From positions 11,098,001 to 11,162,000 of the forward strand of contig OX597829.1 in the NCBI GenBank assembly GCA_951406725.2: a stretch of DNA of 64,000 nucleotides. Direction: 5' to 3'. The position numbers were made by a program, and so were the translations under genes. Positions 55,319 to 64,000 of this stretch are shown one piece after another. The notes beneath the pieces were generated by a model. The model had not been told where the DNA came from. It searched no databases and was given only the letters and a program-made list of their open reading frames with translations. Each line of letters opens with the position of its first letter. The stretch's first letter is position 1. This DNA is from Octopus vulgaris. Its lineage: Eukaryota.

Positions 55319-55608
55319 TTTTGCTTTCTTCTTTCTTATTTGTGTGTCTCTCCTTACTAACCGTCAGCCATTTTGTATTTCTATTGTATGTCTTCATTTG
55401 CGCATGCTTATATCTCTATGTGCGTCTATGTTTATTTAGTGTGTGTGGGGGGATGCCTGTAATATTTGTATCTTCTGTTTATATACGTTCGTGTAATTTG
55501 TTTTTGTTGTTGTTGTTTTTGTTTATTCTTATTTTGTTCATGTGCTTACATCCACATATTATTATCATTACGTATACTTGTATGTGCGTATGTATAACAA
55601 CAATACTA

Positions 55609-55676
<68 letters not shown>

Positions 55677-55966
55677 AATAAAACATACATACATACAAGC
55701 ATACGTAATGATAATAATAATAAGTGGATGTAAACTCATAAACAAAATAAGAATAAACAAAAAGAACAACAACAAAATAAGAATAAAAACTAAATAACAC
55801 AAGCAAAATAACACCAAATATATAGTGCGTGTGTTTTTATTGACTAAACTGGCAAAATGACCATTCCGAAATATAACAATATATATATATATATACGTAT
55901 ATACATCCGTCCGTCCGTACGCCTATCTGTCTGTCCACTGTTTTGCGTTCTTGTCCCATTTTGTAT

Positions 55967-56011
<45 letters not shown>

Positions 56012-56027
56012 ATGTGTGTGTGTGTGT

Positions 56028-56073
<46 letters not shown>

Positions 56074-56457
56074 CTATGTATGTATGTATGTATGTATATA
56101 AGTGTGTATGTGTGTATGTATGTATGCATGTATATATGTATGTGGATGGATGTAAAGATCGTCGGCTAAAGGGTGTGAACCTAAGAAGCCATTCAAAGAT
56201 GAGCTGTACTCACTATACCCTTTCACAGTCTCGCTGGTGTAGGATAATTGGAGATGTGAAGGCGAAACACGCCCGCACTACAGAGAGCTGTGAGAAAAAC
56301 TTGTGAAGGCTTGTCAAATAATATATCGTCCATTGAATCAGAGATAAATATATCTCGTCTGCGAGTGAAGTTGCATAACAACGGGATTTCAGTCATCAAA
56401 GTTTCGCAACTGAACGATGAGATGGTCATCAATCGATATGATGAACAGCCATAATAA

Positions 56458-56553
<96 letters not shown>

Positions 56554-56831
56554 AATCCAAATTTGCGCAAATTTACAGATCTGATTATTGATGACGAAGT
56601 ATTCAGTTAAATTGGTTTTTAGTATATGGCTGTTATATATCTATACATAATTTCATACCTATATATACATATGTAAAGAGAGAGTGAGTGACAAACAGAC
56701 CGACATGAATTTATATCTATATGAGTATATTTGATATACTTATATATAAATAATTGCAGCGTGGAAGGTGTTTGTAAGCCATTCAAGAAACACACAAAAG
56801 CCGTTCGATTCACTTCAACATTTAAGTTTAA

Positions 56832-56882
56832 TTTGTCAAAATATTTTCGTCGCTTTAAGACCGCGACCTGTTCACTGACAAA
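56832..56882 (-). ncRNA. Hammerhead variant with G3:C8 core
   Basis: Reverse complement TTTGTCA-GTGAACA-G-GTCGC ggtcttaaa GCGAC-GAAAATATTT-TGACAAA. Perfect 7-bp stem I and 5-bp stem II. Confidence 0.65.
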
Positions 56883-57031
56883 AAAAAAACCCGTACTGCA
56901 CCTCTGAGATGCAGCACGGGTTTTTTGTTAAATGTTTTTTGTTAAATACCTTCCACGCTGCAGTTGTTTTCGTTTCAGCACACGATCTCAGATCAAATCA
57001 CTTGCTATGCAAGTACATCTCCTATATATAA

Positions 57032-57101
<70 letters not shown>

Positions 57102-57845
57102 CACACATAAATAAATACATACGTACCTGTGTGTATATACATATATATAACATTCATATACGTAAATGTTTGTCAGTACACATTTTACATGCGTATATAT
57201 CTATACAGGTGCGTCTGTGTGTGTGTATGTGTTTACATGCGTATAGATCCGAGTCTATGCGCACACCGCAGACGCTTGAATATGAACGTAACATTATGGC
57301 ATGTATACAAATTTTATTAGATGTAACTTGGTTCTCTTGAAAACGAAAGGCTGTGCGCCACTCCTGTGTTCTACTGTAAGATCAATAGAACAAATGATGA
57401 CATTCTCAAAGCAATTTCTTCAAAAAAAAATTGTTTTTCTAAGCATTTTCCAGCTTCTCCTTTCAAATTTCTTTCACCATTGATATAGCAACTCTGCCTG
57501 AAGCAAACCATGTCTTCAATATCTCAACAACAACAACAACAGCAACAACAGCAAAAATTATTTTTTTAAAATTATGATAATAATAAATAAACCTATGGAA
57601 TCAACGCAGTGGTTCTTTTTAATACAAGAATTCCGCTCTCAGTTCAGTCATTGCTCTCTATATACTGATGTACCGGAAAACTCTTTTACCAGAGTTTCCT
57701 CCCACTCTGAGATTTTAGATGATAATAAAGCTATTACTCTTCACATCAACTAAAGCGTTTGACAAATTATGACAATGCCACATCCTTCTGAAAACGACTG
57801 TCCTACTGAGGAGATGCGATGCGATGTGCTTTCGAAACGCATGCC

Positions 57846-57902
<57 letters not shown>

Positions 57903-58953
57903 TTCATACTGTTGTTGTTTTACTGATCTTTTTCTTTGCTTATTTGTTATTTATTTATTTATTTATTTATTTATTTGTAGCAGTGTGTGCATATGAGGGT
58001 GTTTATAACAACTCAGCAATTTATTATTATCGACGATGATGATGAGGAGGAGGAGGAGGATGACAACGATGATGATGACGATGACGACGACGTCGACGAC
58101 TTTTGTAGAACTGGTAATGTTTGTGGCAGTGGTGGTAGTGGTAGAGAGGAAGAGAAGAAGGGAGGGGTGGAAAAACAGGAGGAGGAGAGGGAAAAGAAGA
58201 AGAGGATGGGAGGATGGGAGGAGAGGAGAAGAAGAGGAGAAGAAGAGGAGAAGAAGAGAAGAAGAAGAGGAGGAGGAGGAGAAGAAGAAGAAGAAGAAGA
58301 AGAAGAAGAAGAGAAGAGAAGAAGAGGAGGAGATGAAGGATAACGATGACGTTGACAACGATAATAATCATTATGATGATCATGATGATGGGAGTGGCAC
58401 CGGTGAAAAATAATACTAAAGTTGACAATGATGATGGTATGTTTTATGATGATCGTGGTGGTGACTGCGGTAATGATGGTAGTGATGGCGGTTCAGCGTA
58501 CAATAATAATAGTAGTAGTAGTAAGTAGTAGTAGTAGTAGTAGTAGTAGTAATAGTAGTAGTAGTAGTAGTAGTAGTAGTGGGGTTGGTGTTGTTTCTGT
58601 TACAAAAAAAACACATCACTTTCATGTTCCAAGATGAGACTTTGTTACAAATACATATGCGCATGAATTCGCGCGCGCGCAAACACTGACACACACGTAT
58701 ACGTATATATACGAATATATATAAACCAACATATACATATTTGCGTGTGAAAATGTATACATGTATATACATAAATATATATACATACATATGTATATAC
58801 ATATATATATATATACATATATAAATGCATATATGTATATATACTCACAAATGTATATACATATATATGCATACATATATATATGCATATATATATATAC
58901 ATACACATGTATATACATATATATATACATACATATATATTTGAATATATGTG

Positions 58954-58998
<45 letters not shown>

Positions 58999-59488
58999 GC
59001 ATATTTACATATATATCTAGATATATACATATGTATGTACATACTACACACTCAGAAACATTTACACTCTTAGTTAGCCATATATACGTGTACATTAATT
59101 CATCAATATGTGTATGTTTAGACATGTGTGAGTGCGCATGCGTTACATAAATATATCAATACACTTTCTTTTACACAACACCTCCCATTTTTATGTTTAT
59201 ATATTTTATTATTTATTCCAACTCAAAACTCTTTTCACTCTTTACGCTTTTCCCTTTTAAAACTGATCAGACCTTCATTTTTATATATTTATTCATTTCC
59301 TTTTCATCCTAAAATCTCTCCAATCTAAGATCACACAAATATTTTCTACAGTTCAGAACATCAATACATCTTTTATTCTGTTCCAACCTAACTCTGCTAA
59401 AGATGATTTTCCTTAAGCGCTCGCTTCTTTATACGCATATGCGTAAGTTTGGGCATATGTTTGTGCTTGTAAACCTATATGACTTTGA

Positions 59489-59534
<46 letters not shown>

Positions 59535-59574
59535 AAAACTGCACTTACAAGCGCTCCACCGCCACCACCACGAC

Positions 59575-59662
<88 letters not shown>

Positions 59663-59702
59663 TTTATTGTTGTTGTTGTTGTTGTTGTTATCGTCGTCGT
59701 CG

Positions 59703-59733
<31 letters not shown>

Positions 59734-60879
59734 TATCATCATCATCATTATTATTATTATTATTATAGGTAGTGTTAATGTTTCTTTTGTTTACATCATA
59801 TTTATTATATCTATTGTTTTTGCAATTAATATTAGTGTTTTTGTTATAATAATTTCATCATTATCATCATTATCATCATCATCTTCGTCATTATCGGCAA
59901 TATTAGAAATAACCTTTTGTTCTAATTCCAAAAGGTTGGATAATATTACAGGCTTAAAAGTTTTTTATTATTATTAATATTAAAGGAAATATTGAAAAAA
60001 AAATTTGCCGGAGTGTTAGTTGAAATATTTACGATCGTTCAAACGTTTCGGGAGAAACTTTACTGATTTTTTTTTTTAATGTATATATAATAAAATAATA
60101 TAACAAATCAAGATGAAAACAGTAAAGGGAAATAAAACTAACAAGAATAAAAAGAAAAAGGATAAAAACCTTTATATTAAAACTTTATCTTGTTCACAAT
60201 GAATTCATGAAAGCCGGGGCGTGTCTTGATCGGTGGCTCTTGGCAAATGGGTAGAGTAAGTTTGTATGGTATGTGTTTGTCTGTGTTTGTGCAATGATAT
60301 CATATAACAGTAGTCATTTCCAGTAAATTGTTCAATACTAGAACAAATTAATCTTAAACAAGACTGTGGAAAAAAAACACAAAGGGAGACAGATACAGAG
60401 GGGGAGCGAGAGAGAGAGATAGAGGTTGGCAGATAAAAAAGGGGAGAAATATGAGAGATATAGGAATTTGTATCATAATAAAGTTCGATTTCAAAATCTA
60501 TTTTATTTTTCGTTAGCATTTGGTTTTATTGTTACGGTTTTTTTTTCTTCACATCGCTTTTCTTAAATTTAGGAGAATTGCTTTGGCTTGTATCAGTCCA
60601 AAATATAAGATTTTTAAGCTAAATACGAAATCTAGACATTAAAGCTGTGGCCTACACGAAATAAGTTTCGTACTAACCTTGGTAAATCATATTTAATATC
60701 ACAATAATTTATTGGATGGGTATGGGAATTTCTTTCAACAACGGGCGTTGTTGTTGTTATCATTATCATCATGATCTAATGGTATACATAAATGTATTTC
60801 ATCTGGAACCAATGTGTTTGTTACCGGGTCACAATCGGTGTCATTAGATATCGAAGATCATTCGAACAATGCTTTCTGT

Positions 60880-61210
60880 TCATAGTGGAGCGGATTTCTA
60901 TACTAAAGCAATTCTCTTTGCTTCTCTGATCTCAATAAGGTGTCTGCTAGTTCTGTTGGGAATGGTACGTAGTCCAGAATGATAATATCTGGTCGTCTTC
61001 TTTGAATTTCATGGTCAGTCTATACATCATTCCTTTCCACACTCTCCGGTCATTGTTGTTATCATTTTCTACTTACTTTGCCATAATATGTACCAGTGTA
61101 ATATTTTGCTACACAAACATATCATCGTCCATATTCTTTCTGTGCTAAAGGACTGCAAGAACTTACGTGCGCAACGTACTCCTTTTTCTTCACTTAGCAT
61201 TTTCCATGCT
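60880..61210 (-). mobile_element. Decayed Dong/R4 fragment
   Basis: RRPDIII remnant and ILHW, adjacent to (ATC/ATT)n. Confidence 0.6.
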
Positions 61211-61213
61211 TCT

Positions 61214-61332
<119 letters not shown>

Positions 61333-61779
61333 GACATTTGCTTTATGTCTGTACAAGTTGGCTCCAAGTCTCACCCAGAGACCTCAAGAAACAACAGGTT
61401 GGAAGTTCACGTTGTTGTTATGCCTAGTGTTCCATATATTTGGGGGTTTTTTTGGTGTTGTACTTGTGAATGTCTAATAAATAAATTTTTAAAAAAAGGT
61501 TTGATTTAAAACTTGGGATTACATAGAGAGTATTTTGCGAAGGATATGAGCAGTTCCCATGAGCACTATCTTTTGAATTTCTGCCATTTTGGGGTTTCCT
61601 GGTATCTGAGTTAGGTAGCAATCAGCCCCTTTCGCTATCATTCCCAGGGCACCTATGACAACAGGTATTGTTTTAGTCTTCAGCTTCCACATTTTGCTGA
61701 TTTCTATTTCAAGATCTTTATATTTGCTCAGTTTTTGGTAGGTCTTGACAGATACGTTTATATCGATTGGGACAGTCAT
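61333..61779 (-). mobile_element. 5'-truncated Dong/R4 element (RLE C-terminus plus 3' UTR)
   Basis: MTVPIDINVSVKTYQKLSKYKDLEIEISKMW...IPVVIGALG, with (TAA)n on both sides. Confidence 0.9.
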
Positions 61780-61796
61780 TATTATTATTATTATTA

Positions 61797-62352
61797 TTGA
61801 GTGAGAGAGCAGTTCATGTCATCAAAGTGACACTGGGGTAAAATATACGAAGCCCAATATACCCATCATGACTACTCGTCTGATAGAGGTACACCAGGCA
61901 CATGCATCACAACCATATGTGCGCGACATGGTGATCTCATATCAAGATAAACAGCACATGACCTTGCAGGTGGGGCCCAGTTAGAATTTTCTTCAGGTTG
62001 AGTAGCCCATCCCGCTCAAACGGTCCCTGAATAAGGGTTGTTTAAGAATGTTGAAAGAACCACCCATGTTTCCAGAGGTGAACTATTCAAACCCCAAAGA
62101 ATCCCTCTCAACACATGGCTATGATGCTCCCCCACTACTTCTGCTCGTGATCAGAGATGCACATATCGTCAGCCACTAAGGGACATGCTCAACTGGTTAA
62201 GGTCAAACAACTGACCAGCAAATCTGTGGTATTGAGCAGAATATTTGCTGTAGCCCATCTTTTATACCAAGACAAAACAATGTACATGATAACACTTCCA
62301 ATCAGTTAAGATCAGAAGCCATGAGAGCCACTGCCTTGTGGCCATCAGGGCA
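61797..62352 (-). mobile_element. ~550-bp non-coding element, copy 3
   Basis: Reverse complement of 31808-32360, flanked by (TAA)n. Confidence 0.9.
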
Positions 62353-62353
62353 C

Positions 62354-62435
<82 letters not shown>

Positions 62436-62436
62436 G

Positions 62437-62497
<61 letters not shown>

Positions 62498-62516
62498 TAT
62501 TATTATTATTATTATT

Positions 62517-64000
62517 CAGTAGTTTTATTTTTATAGCGTGCTTCCACTTCACTACCGAGCGCAGCTCTGTGTGCCTTGGGTATGTGCTGTGATTTGTTGT
62601 GATGCTCTGATGATTATTGTATGGAAAGTGTTCTGCGTAGGATGTGTGCAGTGCCTGGTAGTGCAATTTTCTATATGTTATATGTGTTTGTAAGTCCTGG
62701 TGTTTTTGTTATGTATTTGTCTGAATATTTTTTTATCATGCCTAATGCACCTACTATGATAGGGATTGTTTCTGTTTTTAGATTCCACATTCGAGTTACC
62801 TCTATTTCCAGGTCTTTGTATTTTGAAAGTTTCTCCATTTCTTTTAGAGACACGTTGTCATCTGCCGGTATTGATACATCAATTAAAAAGCATTTTTTTC
62901 TTCATGATCTCTGACAACTATATCTGGTCTGTTGGCCTTAATTTCTCTATCTGTGTGTATCGGCATATCCCAGAGTATGGTTGCTTTCTCGTTTTCTGTG
63001 ACCTTTTCTGGTGTGTGCCTATACCATCTCTTTTCTGTTGTTATTCCATAATGTTGGCATAGCTTCCAATGTATGTAGGTTCCAACTCTGTCATGTCTGT
63101 GAATATATTCCTTCTTAGCCAGGACTGGGCAGCTAGAGATAATATGATTTATTGTTTCATGTCCATCTCCACATATTCTGCAGTTACTTGTAATATTTAT
63201 TTTCATTACATGTTTTTGGTAATTTCTGGTGGGGAGGCTTTGGTCTTGTGCTGCAATTAAAAATCCCTCTGTTTCTGCTTTGAGTCCTGAGCTTCTCAAC
63301 CATTGCTGGGATTTTTCTTTGTCTATTTCTTTTGCGTTTAGTTTAGTGCAGTATTTACCATGAAGGGGCTTTTCTTGCCATCGTTTTATCATGGCTCGTT
63401 GCTGTTCTATTTTTAGTTTGGATTTCATTTGTTTTATAGCTTTTGTTGTTTCTTCATCATCTTCTTCTTCTTCTTTGTGTTTATTAGGTGGTATGATTTC
63501 TTGTTTGTATTTGTCAGCTTCCTTAAATACTGAGAACAGTTTTTTGTTTTGCTCGTGTTTTGCTGCTATCTGGATCAGTTTTCCTTCCTTCTGAAGTAGA
63601 TATTTTTGCAGTCCTATGGTGGTTATTTTATAGTAGATTTCCAGCTGTATAAGGCCTCTACCACCTTCTATACGTTGTATATATAGTCTTTCTATGTCAG
63701 ATTTTGGGTGATGCATCCTAGATCCTGTCATTATTTTTCTTGTTTTCCTATCTATTTTGGTTAGTTCATTTCGGGTCCAGTTAAGGATATTGTAGCTGTA
63801 ACTTATAACTGGGACAGCTAAAGTGTTGATACCTATTATCTTGTTTTTAGCATTGAGCTCTGTGTTTAGTATTGATCTAACTCGTCTATAATATTCTTTT
63901 TTTATTTTCTCTTTCATTTGTGTGTGTTGTGTCTTATCTAGTTCATGGATTCCTAAGTATTTGTAAGTTTGGCTTTGGTCTAATTCTTTTATTTCATTGG
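62517..64000 (-). mobile_element. Dong/R4-clade non-LTR retrotransposon, 3' portion (runs off the window)
   Basis: YKYLGI, GGRGL, CCHC (CRICG..ETINHIISSC), RHD, RPDIVV and KLSKYKDL. One frameshift near 62890; ends in (TAA)n. Confidence 0.95.

Noticed and set aside
57806-57845. CTGAGGA...GAAACGC hammerhead candidate
   Set aside because: Stems I and III do not pair; it lies next to a decayed RT remnant (KAFDK-like).
57987-58413. Acidic/basic low-complexity protein ORFs
   Set aside because: Composed of GAT/GAG/GAA trinucleotide repeats with no splice or homology support.
60190-60262. Possible host exon ending at GTAAGT
   Set aside because: No convincing acceptor or conserved peptide; the ATG frame hits a stop.

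Overview
AT-rich eukaryotic DNA saturated with microsatellites. The repeat families and microsatellite load resemble a coleoid cephalopod such as Octopus, but that is inferred from repeat content only. I could not support any host exon, rRNA, true tRNA or CRISPR array, and most ORFs in the track are translated microsatellites. The window is a stack of mobile elements: mariner, maT, Tc1, hAT and pogo DNA transposons and MITEs, a Helitron, a young CR1-type LINE, R4/Dong-type RLE retrotransposons, Penelope-like (GIY-YIG) fragments and three tRNA-headed SINE families. Three signals stand out. (1) About 20 minimal type-I hammerhead ribozyme (HHR) motifs lie in Penelope/retrozyme-like units, with palindromic stem III, compensatory swaps of the core 3:8 pair (C:G, U:A, G:C) and some very long stem II inserts. 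(2) An ORF1-only L1/Tx1-like element and a second element are inserted in tandem at the same 15-bp site inside a SINE tRNA head, suggesting SINE-targeted retrotransposition. (3) Two R4-type lineages appear to target different microsatellites, (TAA)n and (TACA)n, and build same-orientation arrays. All folds and alignments were read by eye; boundaries of degraded elements are approximate.
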